From the NCBI GenBank assembly GCA_028867755.1, contig JAGWFT010000001.1:1124727-1188726 (forward strand): a DNA stretch of 64,000 bases. The letters are read 5' to 3'. This stretch comes from Nitrososphaerota archaeon (GTDB taxonomy: Archaea > Thermoproteota > Nitrososphaeria > Nitrososphaerales > Nitrosopumilaceae). The notes under the pieces were generated by a model, which worked only from the letters and a program-made list of their open reading frames with translations, was not told where the DNA came from and did not search any database. Below are positions 9,478 to 17,939 of the stretch, piece after piece (positions within the stretch are counted from its first letter, which is position 1; every line of letters starts with the position of its first letter). A program made the translations under genes and the position numbers.

Positions 9478-10545
9478 CTATTTGTCACGTTTGCCTTCAA
9501 CAAACTCTGTGAAGGCTTTCTTTGCATCAGTGTACGGCATCTGTATTGGAGGATGCTTGAAGCAGTAAGATGAGATGCTAGTCATAGGACCTGAGAGATT
9601 TCTATCTAATGCTATCTTTAGCCCACGTATAGCATCAATCATTATTCCTGCACTGTTATACGCATCAATTACCTTAAGCTTTAGATCTAGTTTAATTGGG
9701 ATTTTACCAAAGTATTTGCCTTCTATGTTGATATAACAGATTTTTTCATTATCAATAAAGTCAACATAATCGCTTGGTCCTATTCTCATTGGAATATCAT
9801 AATCAGCCATTGCCTTTACTGCACTTGTCTTGCTTATTCTCTTGTCCTCAAGTCTCTCCTCATCGAGCATGTTGAAAAAGTCCATATCGCCTCCAATGTT
9901 CAATTGATATGTGCCGTCGATGAGTACACCTCTATCTACGAAAAGCTTTACAAGCGTTTTATGTACTACAGTAGCTCCAAGTTGACTCATCACGTCATCT
10001 CCAGCTAGAGGGAGTTTCTTTTCTGCATACATTTGCTGCCATTTTGGTTCTGATGCGATAAACACAGGAATTGCGTTAAGAAACCCGATACCTGCCTCAA
10101 GAGCTTGACTTGCATAGTTTCGTACTGCTTCTGTGCTTCCAACCGGAAGATAGTTGACAAGCATCTCTGCACCTGTATCTTGTAATACTTTTTTGACATT
10201 AACCTCAGGCTCTGGGGAAGGCGTTACTATACGGCTTAGATGTCTTCCTAGACCGTCTTTTGTAGGTCCACGCTGTACAGTTATCCCGGTACGAGGAACC
10301 TCTGCAACTGTAATAGTATTATTTGGTCTTGCGTATATTGCCTCAGAGATGTCCTTTCCAACCTTTGTATCTGCCACATCAAATGCTGCCACGACTTCAA
10401 TATCTCCTGGCTCATACCCCCCCAAGTTGTAAGCAGTCAATCCTACAATATCATTAGGGTTATCTGAATAGTATTTTGAACCTTGAATAAGTGCAGAAGC
10501 ACAATTGCCTACACCGGCTATAGCAATCTTGATCTTCTTTCCCAA
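9478..10545 (-). CDS. ino1: myo-inositol-1-phosphate synthase
   Basis: GVGNCAS Rossmann motif, NYLPVGS, GDDxxSQxGAT, QLNIGGDMDF, SKT motifs; TTG start. Confidence 0.95.
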   Translation of the reverse strand: MGKKIKIAIAGVGNCASALIQGSKYYSDNPNDIVGLTAYNLGGYEPGDIEVVAAFDVADTKVGKDISEAIYARPNNTITVAEVPRTGITVQRGPTKDGLGRHLSRIVTPSPEPEVNVKKVLQDTGAEMLVNYLPVGSTEAVRNYASQALEAGIGFLNAIPVFIASEPKWQQMYAEKKLPLAGDDVMSQLGATVVHKTLVKLFVDRGVLIDGTYQLNIGGDMDFFNMLDEERLEDKRISKTSAVKAMADYDIPMRIGPSDYVDFIDNEKICYINIEGKYFGKIPIKLDLKLKVIDAYNSAGIMIDAIRGLKIALDRNLSGPMTSISSYCFKHPPIQMPYTDAKKAFTEFVEGKRDK

Positions 10546-10672
10546 CTTGACCGACAGCTACCAAATTATACCTACATATTAATTACTTGCCATTCATAAG
10601 AGCAGTAGATTTCATATCTCAAACTTGATTCCAGTCATTATCTATTTCTATATTCTAGACTATTTTCCAAAA

Positions 10673-11398
10673 TTAAATAGTATAGATATTTTTTTGATAA
10701 ATCTCTTTGAACCCTTGTTTCAAGTAGAAATTAACCAATTCGTCTTTACGATATGTTTCAAGCATCAACAATTCCAAGTTTCGTTTCTTTACTTCACTTA
10801 GAGCAAAGTCAATTAGAGACATGGCAAGGCCCCTCTTTCTCATACTTGGAATTGTTCCAAGACAATAAAGCCCCAACATTGAATCTTTTTCATATAATGC
10901 CACGCAAGAACTAGCTGATTCATCAACATAGTACTCTATTGACTGGATGGATTTTTTTACTATCTTATCCACAGATGTGACCCAATCTTGACAATCATAT
11001 GCATCACAGAATGTTTTTGACCACAACATAGATTCATCGCTAGATATCATATGAATTTTTGTTGCTTTTGTAGAGTTGGGTGTTTTTACAAGCACGTGTT
11101 GAACATCGTAAAGTTTGAAATTTTTTTTGAGTAATTTGTCTTCAAGATCTGCATAATTTAATGTGTAGATATATGGGGCTGTACCATATTTGGCAAAAAG
11201 TGCCAACGCATCGTCTATCATTTTGTCGTTGATGCATGATATGTTTGTGAGCTTGTCAAAAAAGACATCATTTGTGAGATCTTGATTGAAAAACAATGTA
11301 CCACACTGAAGAGGTATAGAATTTGTCAACAGACCAGTAAAATCAAGGTCTATACCTTCTAGTCGTGATATTAGGTTGTTATTCCCAGTACCTGACAT
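10673..11398 (-). CDS. GNAT family N-acetyltransferase
   Basis: LGTIPSMRKRGLA acetyl-CoA motif A and FYLKQGF motif B in the C-terminal half; overlaps the 3' end of the upstream CysRS-like gene by 28 nt. Confidence 0.85.
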   Translation of the reverse strand: MSGTGNNNLISRLEGIDLDFTGLLTNSIPLQCGTLFFNQDLTNDVFFDKLTNISCINDKMIDDALALFAKYGTAPYIYTLNYADLEDKLLKKNFKLYDVQHVLVKTPNSTKATKIHMISSDESMLWSKTFCDAYDCQDWVTSVDKIVKKSIQSIEYYVDESASSCVALYEKDSMLGLYCLGTIPSMRKRGLAMSLIDFALSEVKKRNLELLMLETYRKDELVNFYLKQGFKEIYQKNIYTI

Positions 11399-12528
11399 AT
11401 TCGTTCAAAATCTCTGTAACTGATATTGCTTCCTGCAATTATCTGGGAGCAAATGTTTTCAAATATTTCAATTGCTTTTTGAGAATTAAGATCATCGTCT
11501 AATGCAGCAAGAAAATCATCTACTAATTTAGAAATTTCCGAGTCAGTTTTTTCTGATGTTTTTGTGCCGGCAAGATGGATTTTTTCTAAAAGCTGTTTTT
11601 TTTCAGCAATTTTATTTTCATCGAAATTCACATCCTTACGATAATGAGTAGAGAAAAGATAAAGACGCAATAGGTTTTGCCCATATTTTTGTATCAGATC
11701 TCTCGACCATACAACATTGCCAAGCGATTTGGACATTTTTTCACCATTTGAAAGAACAAGGCCTACATACATCCACGCTTTGACCGGATTTTCATCTGTT
11801 GAAAACATCTTGTATTGGGCTAAATGCGCTTCGTGATGTGGATATGCAAGCTCCCTTGCACCACCGTGAATGTCATAATTTGTACCAAAGTTTTCCAATG
11901 CAACAGTTGTATCTTGCATGTGCCACCATGGAATGCCTTTCCCAAATTTGCTTTTCCATGAAAAGTCAAAATCCTCAGAACAGTTCCATAACATTATGTC
12001 CTCCTGGTTTTTCTTGCTAGGCCCTATATCCAATCTATGAAGTTGGAGTTGAGCCCTAGACTGCTTAGATAACATACCGTAGGTGTTAATTTTTGAAGTG
12101 TCAAGATAGACATTTCCATTTGCATAATATGCAACTTTTTTATTCAACAATTCAGATATGTGACTCTCCATATAATCAACATAATCTGAAACGTATGCAA
12201 GTCGGTTTATGCTTTTGATGTTCAATAAATTTAGATCTTTTGCAAATTCTTGTGCATAGAATTTAGCAATTGTAGCATAGTCTTTTGATTCATCTTTTGC
12301 CTTGTTGAATACATTTTGATTGATATCTGTCATATTTACTAGTACATCAGTTCTGTATCCTCTTTCGTGTAAATGTCTGCACAAAAGGTCGTACGTAAGA
12401 AAAATTCTTGCATGTCCTAAATGAGTATAATCATACAAGGTAGGTCCACAGATGAATACACGTGCCATATTTTTCTGAAATGGTTCAAAAGTATCTATAA
12501 CTGAAGAAAATGAATTGAATATTCTCAT
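11371..12528 (-). CDS. cysteinyl-tRNA synthetase paralogue (class Ia catalytic and DALR domains, no anticodon-binding domain)
   Basis: CGPTLYDYTHLGHAR, DIHGG, PHHE, KMSKSLGN present; WHIEC replaced by WHMQD; ends after DALR-like helices at 385 aa. Confidence 0.85.
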   Translation of the reverse strand: MRIFNSFSSVIDTFEPFQKNMARVFICGPTLYDYTHLGHARIFLTYDLLCRHLHERGYRTDVLVNMTDINQNVFNKAKDESKDYATIAKFYAQEFAKDLNLLNIKSINRLAYVSDYVDYMESHISELLNKKVAYYANGNVYLDTSKINTYGMLSKQSRAQLQLHRLDIGPSKKNQEDIMLWNCSEDFDFSWKSKFGKGIPWWHMQDTTVALENFGTNYDIHGGARELAYPHHEAHLAQYKMFSTDENPVKAWMYVGLVLSNGEKMSKSLGNVVWSRDLIQKYGQNLLRLYLFSTHYRKDVNFDENKIAEKKQLLEKIHLAGTKTSEKTDSEISKLVDDFLAALDDDLNSQKAIEIFENICSQIIAGSNISYRDFERICQVLGITT

Positions 12529-12538
12529 GGCGTAATTG

Positions 12539-12784
12539 CTATCTTCCGCCTTGAGATAATATTGGCGTTAGTGTTACAGTGGAACGAATCTTTGAGATTC
12601 TTCGTATCTTGTAAGTCACTATCTCTTCTAAAATGGCATTCGAGTCAGCTTGAATTTTGACAAGGATATCATATATCCCATATGTTCCTCTGACTTCTTT
12701 TACTTCTGGAATTTTTGCAAGTTCGCTTATGATTTGCGTTTCCGATCCCAAGTCGCAGTTTATGAGTATGTATAATGTTTCCAT
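12539..12784 (-). CDS. Lrp/AsnC ligand-binding (RAM) domain protein without HTH
   Basis: GTYGIYDILVKI and IRSTVT motifs; 81 aa from ATG 12784. Confidence 0.85.
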   Translation of the reverse strand: METLYILINCDLGSETQIISELAKIPEVKEVRGTYGIYDILVKIQADSNAILEEIVTYKIRRISKIRSTVTLTPILSQGGR

Positions 12785-12853
12785 GTACACCAATAATATT
12801 TGATGCATAAAATGATATCCATGATTTAAAAGGATGTAACGGCATGATATTTT

Positions 12854-13567
12854 GTGGATAACGAGATAACAATTAGAGAGTTAAAACCAATTAACATAGA
12901 AGGCGGATTTGTCATAGATGGTTTTCCTTATGCAGGACTTGCCAACGCAATAGCGACAGAATCTTTGATAAACACAACATCTCAATTCAAATTGGCAGGT
13001 GTTCTTGATTCAGAACTTTTTCCTCCAATTAGTATCATAAGAGATGAAACACCTAATTTTCCTGCAAGAATATTTGTAAATGAGGATCTCAAGGTTGCGG
13101 TATTTTCAGCATATTTAACACCCCATGAATCGCTTCACAGAGAGGTTGCAAGAACCATGTTAAAGTGGGCAAATGATCACAAATGTTCGCTCATAGTAAG
13201 CAGTGCAGCTGTAAAGGCTGAAGAAAAACCGTTTGTCATAGGAGTTGCAAGTACAGAAAATGCAAAGAAACGATTGACAGATTCAGAAATTCCAATACTT
13301 AAGAATGGTACTGTCCCCGGCATTCCCGGAATTTTGTTAAATGAAGGCTCCATCACAAACACCAACGTAATTGTTCTTTTATACAAAGGCCAAGAAAACG
13401 GGCCAGACTTTAGAGCAGGTGCAGAGATTTGTATGGCAATGTCAAAACTTGTCCCTGGTGCAGCATGTGATTTCCGAACCTTGATGAGCGAAGCAGAAAA
13501 CATAGAGCAAAACATGAAGCAGACAGAGCAAGAAGCAGGTCCACTACGAGATGCAATTTACGGATGA
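12854..13567 (+). CDS. proteasome assembly chaperone PAC2 family protein
   Basis: IDGFPYAGLANAIA, PPISII...P.RIF, GxxGxLL motifs. Confidence 0.85.
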   Translation: MDNEITIRELKPINIEGGFVIDGFPYAGLANAIATESLINTTSQFKLAGVLDSELFPPISIIRDETPNFPARIFVNEDLKVAVFSAYLTPHESLHREVARTMLKWANDHKCSLIVSSAAVKAEEKPFVIGVASTENAKKRLTDSEIPILKNGTVPGIPGILLNEGSITNTNVIVLLYKGQENGPDFRAGAEICMAMSKLVPGAACDFRTLMSEAENIEQNMKQTEQEAGPLRDAIYG

Positions 13568-13812
13568 GCTACCAAGAACGAGAAATCTCAAAAGATAGCT
13601 TGCCAAAACAACTCAGAGTTTTAGATTCTGACGAAGGAGTAAGAATAGAGAGCGAAACAGGATTTATTTTTATCAACAAAACATCTAGACGATATTGTAT
13701 TGACATATCAAAGAATGGTTCTGACGAGTTTTTCTATATGAATAGTGTTGATGACGTACTGAGTTTTTTAACAAATAAGATGGACGCGTCATCAAAAATT
13801 TTCTCATACTAG
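13564..13812 (+). CDS. hypothetical protein (82 aa)
   Basis: ATGA start/stop overlap with the PAC2 gene; protein-like composition. Confidence 0.7.
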   Translation: MSYQEREISKDSLPKQLRVLDSDEGVRIESETGFIFINKTSRRYCIDISKNGSDEFFYMNSVDDVLSFLTNKMDASSKIFSY

Positions 13813-13831
13813 TTTACTGCAACATATCTAG

Positions 13832-14449
13832 ATGACACCAATACTAGAATTTGCATTGACTGTAATTACAATTTCAGTCTCTGGAGTCATGTCTCCAGGA
13901 CCTCTTTTTGCAGCAAATGTTGCATATGGTACAAGAGGTGGTTGGAAGACCGGAATTAGAATGGCATTTGGACATACAATAGTTGAACTTCCACTTGTGA
14001 TACTTCTTGGAATTGGTGCAATCTCACTTGTGGTCTTGCCACAATTCAGAGAATACACATCAATACTTGGTGCTATCAGTCTCTTTGTTTTTTCAGGACT
14101 GCAAATTAGAACTGCGATGATGAAATCTTCATCCAGTCAGTTACCAAAACATGGTCCATTTATCATGGGAATTTTGTTGAGTGCATTCAATCCGTTTTTC
14201 TTGATTTGGTGGTTCACAATAGGCTTTAAACTAATTTCAGATGCATTACTTTTGTACTCATTTATTGGAATAGGGATAATGTTTGGGCTCCACATATGGA
14301 TGGACTATGCATGGTTAGGTACGGTAGGATTTTTGTCTAGTCGCGGAAAAAAGATCCTCTCAACTAAAAACTACAAGATTTTCATGATTGCACTAAGTGG
14401 GGTTCTTGTCTATTTTGGAATAAATTTCTTGATTCAATCTTGGCATTAA
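13832..14449 (+). CDS. LysE/RhtB family transporter
   Basis: SPGPLFA, GHTIVE and NPFFLIWW motifs; about 6 TM helices. Confidence 0.88.
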   Translation: MTPILEFALTVITISVSGVMSPGPLFAANVAYGTRGGWKTGIRMAFGHTIVELPLVILLGIGAISLVVLPQFREYTSILGAISLFVFSGLQIRTAMMKSSSSQLPKHGPFIMGILLSAFNPFFLIWWFTIGFKLISDALLLYSFIGIGIMFGLHIWMDYAWLGTVGFLSSRGKKILSTKNYKIFMIALSGVLVYFGINFLIQSWH

Positions 14450-14685
14450 CCACAATCAAGTATTTCCAAGCCACCTTTGCACTCATTGTCAAATTTCGAT
14501 ATCTTGTCATTTAATTGTGAACATAACTCAGGATCTTTTGTTTGATCATATTTTTTGAGATCAGAGTTGATATCAATTTGTTTTACAGGACAAGTATTAA
14601 CAAACCCGAGATGATACAATGCAACGATTACAGTTATGCCAACTAGTACTATTAGTATTGAGCGCTTTAGGAACTTGCTAACCAT
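14446..14685 (-). CDS. small membrane-anchored Cys-containing hypothetical protein
   Basis: N-terminal TM and four Cys; ATG 14685 chosen because longer starts lie inside alba. Confidence 0.65.
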   Translation of the reverse strand: MVSKFLKRSILIVLVGITVIVALYHLGFVNTCPVKQIDINSDLKKYDQTKDPELCSQLNDKISKFDNECKGGLEILDCG

Positions 14686-14965
14686 CTTCAGGTTTAGAAA
14701 CATCAACTTCAATTGTTGATACGTTTCTCTCTTTTCCATCTTTTGACTCCATCCTTTCGGAAAAAATTCTCACACCGCTGACTTTGTAGCCCACCGCATT
14801 CATTCTCTTAACTATCATTTGTGATACATCTACTGCTGCTGTTATGCTCTTTCCCCTTGCTTTTATTGTCACAGTAGGTTCATTTGCAAGTAGTGTTAAC
14901 GTGGCGTTCACGTATGTAAGAATTGGTTTTTTACCAATAAAGACAATATTTGGAGGTCTTGGCAC
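14678..14965 (-). CDS. albA: chromatin protein Alba
   Basis: VFIGKKP...YV, IKARGKSITAAVDVS, RNVSTIEV. Confidence 0.92.
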   Translation of the reverse strand: MPRPPNIVFIGKKPILTYVNATLTLLANEPTVTIKARGKSITAAVDVSQMIVKRMNAVGYKVSGVRIFSERMESKDGKERNVSTIEVDVSKPEDG

Positions 14966-14989
14966 AGACCAACTCTTTTTGTGTTTTAT

Positions 14990-15244
14990 TTAATGGTTAA
15001 GATTCTTTTTTTCTATGTATTTTTCGAGAATATCATCCATATCTTCAGATTTGGATTGTTTTAGTTCATCAACAATTTCCTTTTCTTCGATTTCATAACA
15101 ATTTAAAAGATCATTTTTATCTTTGAAAAAAAGCATTGCCTTGTCTTGGTAAATACAGTAATACAGCTTGTCGACTTCCATTTTTTCTGGCTGCAGTTTG
15201 ATTCCTTCTTCTCCTATAGAAACTGGATAATCCACAATATTCAT
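14990..15244 (-). CDS. hypothetical protein (84 aa)
   Basis: Clean ORF filling the gap between alba and dinB. Confidence 0.7.
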   Translation of the reverse strand: MNIVDYPVSIGEEGIKLQPEKMEVDKLYYCIYQDKAMLFFKDKNDLLNCYEIEEKEIVDELKQSKSEDMDDILEKYIEKKNLNH

Positions 15245-15400
15245 TGAAAAAGACGATATTTAGATGTAATTTGAAGAATTTGCCAAAAAGAAAGGTCATA
15301 AATGCGTGAGACAAAGCAAAAGGCAAATTAATTCATTTAATGTTTACTGTAAAATTATCTTACAATAACGTAATAAATAAAATAGAATAATAAAAAATCC

Positions 15401-16495
15401 ATGCAACAGCGAATTGTATTCCATGTTGATTTTGACTATTTTTTTGCACAATGTGAAGAACTAAGAAACCCCGAATTGAAGACAAAGCCAGTTGTTGTAT
15501 GTGTGTTCTCCGACAGGGGCGGAGACAGCGGCGCCATTGCAACTTCCAACTACTTGGCAAGAAGATATGGAGTAAAATCTGGAATGCCCATAAAATTTGC
15601 AAAAAGAAAGATGGAAGATGTTCCTGAAGCAGTATTCTTGCCTACTGATTTTGACTATTATTCAGAAATCTCTGAGAATGCAATGAATCTAATTAGGAAA
15701 TACGCCGATATTTTTGAGTATGTGGGAAGAGATGAGGCGTATCTTGACGTTACAAAAAGAACGGAAGGAAGTTTTTCAAATGCCGCACATCTGGCTCAGC
15801 AATTAAAGAATACCATACGTAGTAATACCAAACTTTCATCAACTGTTGGAGTCTCGACAAACAAAATTGTATCCAAGATAGCTTCTGATTTTAAAAAACC
15901 TGATGGCCTTACCGTAGTAGAGCCAGGCAAGATTGAGCATTTTCTTGATCCTCTGCCAATTAAGGTAATACCGGGAATTGGAAAAAAATCAGAAGAAAGG
16001 TTTAACGAAATGAAACTTCAAACCATATATGATCTAAAGAAAGTAGATGTATTCTCGCTTAACAGCATGTTTGGGCGAAAAGTTGGAACCTACATCTACA
16101 ATGCTGCAAGAGGCATTGATGATGAACCAGTATCGCCAAGAGCAGATCCAATACAATATAGCAGAATAATAACATTAAAGCAAGACAGCAAGGATTTTGA
16201 TTTTTTATCAAAAGATCTAGAACAGTTATGCGTAGATGTGCATGATGCCATTGTAAAAGACAGTATTGTTTTCAAGTCGGTGGGAATACAATTTGTGCAA
16301 GAAGACCTCTCAAATAGAACAAAGTCTAGAATGTTGAAAAACCCGACATCGAGTCTTGAAGAATTGAAAAAAACCGCACTTCAACTACTTAGAGAATCTC
16401 TTGAGGATCAAAGATTGCTTATCAGAAGGCTTGGGGTTAGAGTGTCTGATTTTTCAGAAGTAGCAGGACAGGTAGACATTACAAGATTTTTTTAA
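15401..16495 (+). CDS. dinB: DNA polymerase IV (Y family, DinB/Dpo4)
   Basis: HVDFDYFFAQ, SNYLARRYGVKSGMP, GRDEAYLD, SKIASDFKKPDG; C-terminal PIP-like QVDITRFF. Confidence 0.95.
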   Translation: MQQRIVFHVDFDYFFAQCEELRNPELKTKPVVVCVFSDRGGDSGAIATSNYLARRYGVKSGMPIKFAKRKMEDVPEAVFLPTDFDYYSEISENAMNLIRKYADIFEYVGRDEAYLDVTKRTEGSFSNAAHLAQQLKNTIRSNTKLSSTVGVSTNKIVSKIASDFKKPDGLTVVEPGKIEHFLDPLPIKVIPGIGKKSEERFNEMKLQTIYDLKKVDVFSLNSMFGRKVGTYIYNAARGIDDEPVSPRADPIQYSRIITLKQDSKDFDFLSKDLEQLCVDVHDAIVKDSIVFKSVGIQFVQEDLSNRTKSRMLKNPTSSLEELKKTALQLLRESLEDQRLLIRRLGVRVSDFSEVAGQVDITRFF

Positions 16496-16977
16496 GGCTT
16501 TAGCCCTACGTGTGTTGCAAGCCTTTTGTGTTCGTCTTGAGTTATCCATTCTACTTCCAAATAATTCATTATCTCGTTGTGTTCCATGCCTAGTCTTTTT
16601 GCTTCTTTTACAGCTACAACATAGGCCTCGATTTCAGTAGGTCTATCCACATAAGAATAAGATTTATCATACAGGTCAAGGCCCTGTCTTTGTTGTTTTA
16701 CATGCACAAGCTCGTGTACGATATCAAGATAAAGAATTATCTTATCGGAGTTCTTCAAATGATCAAGCCCGATTACAATTGTAGCATCTTCGTTTTTTAC
16801 GTGCATGTATGTACTGCTTGTATCTACAACTACCTTTGTCTTTGAAAAAACATCATCTAGTTCGTTGCTTGAGCCAAAGATCTGTAGCAAAATTTCAACC
16901 TTTCTCAAGCCATCAAAAATATCTTCGATGCGGTATGTTCCAGGATTTATTTCTCTATTGATTTTTATCGTATTCAT
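16492..16977 (-). CDS. putative zinc metallopeptidase (HExxH)
   Basis: VHELVH followed by PTEIEAY as a possible third ligand. Confidence 0.65.
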   Translation of the reverse strand: MNTIKINREINPGTYRIEDIFDGLRKVEILLQIFGSSNELDDVFSKTKVVVDTSSTYMHVKNEDATIVIGLDHLKNSDKIILYLDIVHELVHVKQQRQGLDLYDKSYSYVDRPTEIEAYVVAVKEAKRLGMEHNEIMNYLEVEWITQDEHKRLATHVGLKP

Positions 16978-17905
16978 GTTTTGCAATTTTTACTTCATTT
17001 TTTTTTAATCTCTTTGTCTCTACATATGTTACAATGAGCAAAAAGACAAAGAGCCAAGGAAGAAACATTATCTCACCTGCAATACCATGAAATGACTCAA
17101 ATTCATTTACGTTTGTTGACACCTTGAGTACAAACAATGAAAGAGAGAGTATTCTGATTACGTTTACTCCAATTGTTCCAATCACTCCTAGCACAAAGTA
17201 ACCAGCCTTCCTGTTTCTTCGAATGTTCATCTTTAGAAGAAACGCCATCATGACAAGTGAGTAGATAATAATACTATGAACGCCTGCCGATGGCCAGAAC
17301 ACTTGAAGTGCGAATGGGCCATGGTCACCACTTAGGAACATAATATTACCGTGTGCACTGGCAATTCCCAAATGGAAAGTGGTTATCAAAAAGACATCCA
17401 GCTTTACAAGGTACGGTACAACATACTGTAAGGGACCAAGTGAATCATATGGAAAGAACGCATCAAGTGAGAGAATAATTGCAGTACCTGCGGCATAGAT
17501 TGGTCCTGCGGGGGATATTCGTATCCATCTCTTGCCAAAAAGTACAGTCAGCGTAGACGTGAAGAAAATTGCAATTACAATAAAGTCCCACATCCAATCC
17601 CATGAATCTAACAATAAAACATGAAACTGAGGTGCAACTGCAGCAAGATAGCTTTTGAGACCAAATTCTACAGCCACAAGATATGCAATAGCGACACCTG
17701 CTAACGGAATTGCAGCATAGAGTCGCTTCTTTGGAATTTCAAGTTTGATTCCTATCAGCTCAGCTGCAATAAACGCCATGGCAAAGAGAAATCCCCCTCT
17801 GCCTTGATTCCAGCCAAGACTAAAGGTATCTGGAAAGACAGCCAGTGCAAATATTATTGGAGACGCAATAATGGCTATTGCGATTATTATGCTTCGATTT
17901 TGCAA
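16955..17905 (-). CDS. thaumarchaeosortase (archaeosortase family)
   Basis: Polytopic membrane protein with WPSAGVHS (Ser at the usual Cys position), NVIRI (Arg) and FHGIAGE (His). Confidence 0.85.
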   Translation of the reverse strand: MQNRSIIIAIAIIASPIIFALAVFPDTFSLGWNQGRGGFLFAMAFIAAELIGIKLEIPKKRLYAAIPLAGVAIAYLVAVEFGLKSYLAAVAPQFHVLLLDSWDWMWDFIVIAIFFTSTLTVLFGKRWIRISPAGPIYAAGTAIILSLDAFFPYDSLGPLQYVVPYLVKLDVFLITTFHLGIASAHGNIMFLSGDHGPFALQVFWPSAGVHSIIIYSLVMMAFLLKMNIRRNRKAGYFVLGVIGTIGVNVIRILSLSLFVLKVSTNVNEFESFHGIAGEIMFLPWLFVFLLIVTYVETKRLKKNEVKIAKHEYDKNQ

Positions 17906-17939
17906 CGATTTAGGTGCAAAGTGCGTTCAATAAAAACTC

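Noticed and set aside
11371-12528. Calling this gene plain cysS or mshC
   Set aside because: The missing anticodon domain argues against canonical CysRS; loss of the second Zn-Cys and the absence of mshA/mshB argue against a direct MshC assignment
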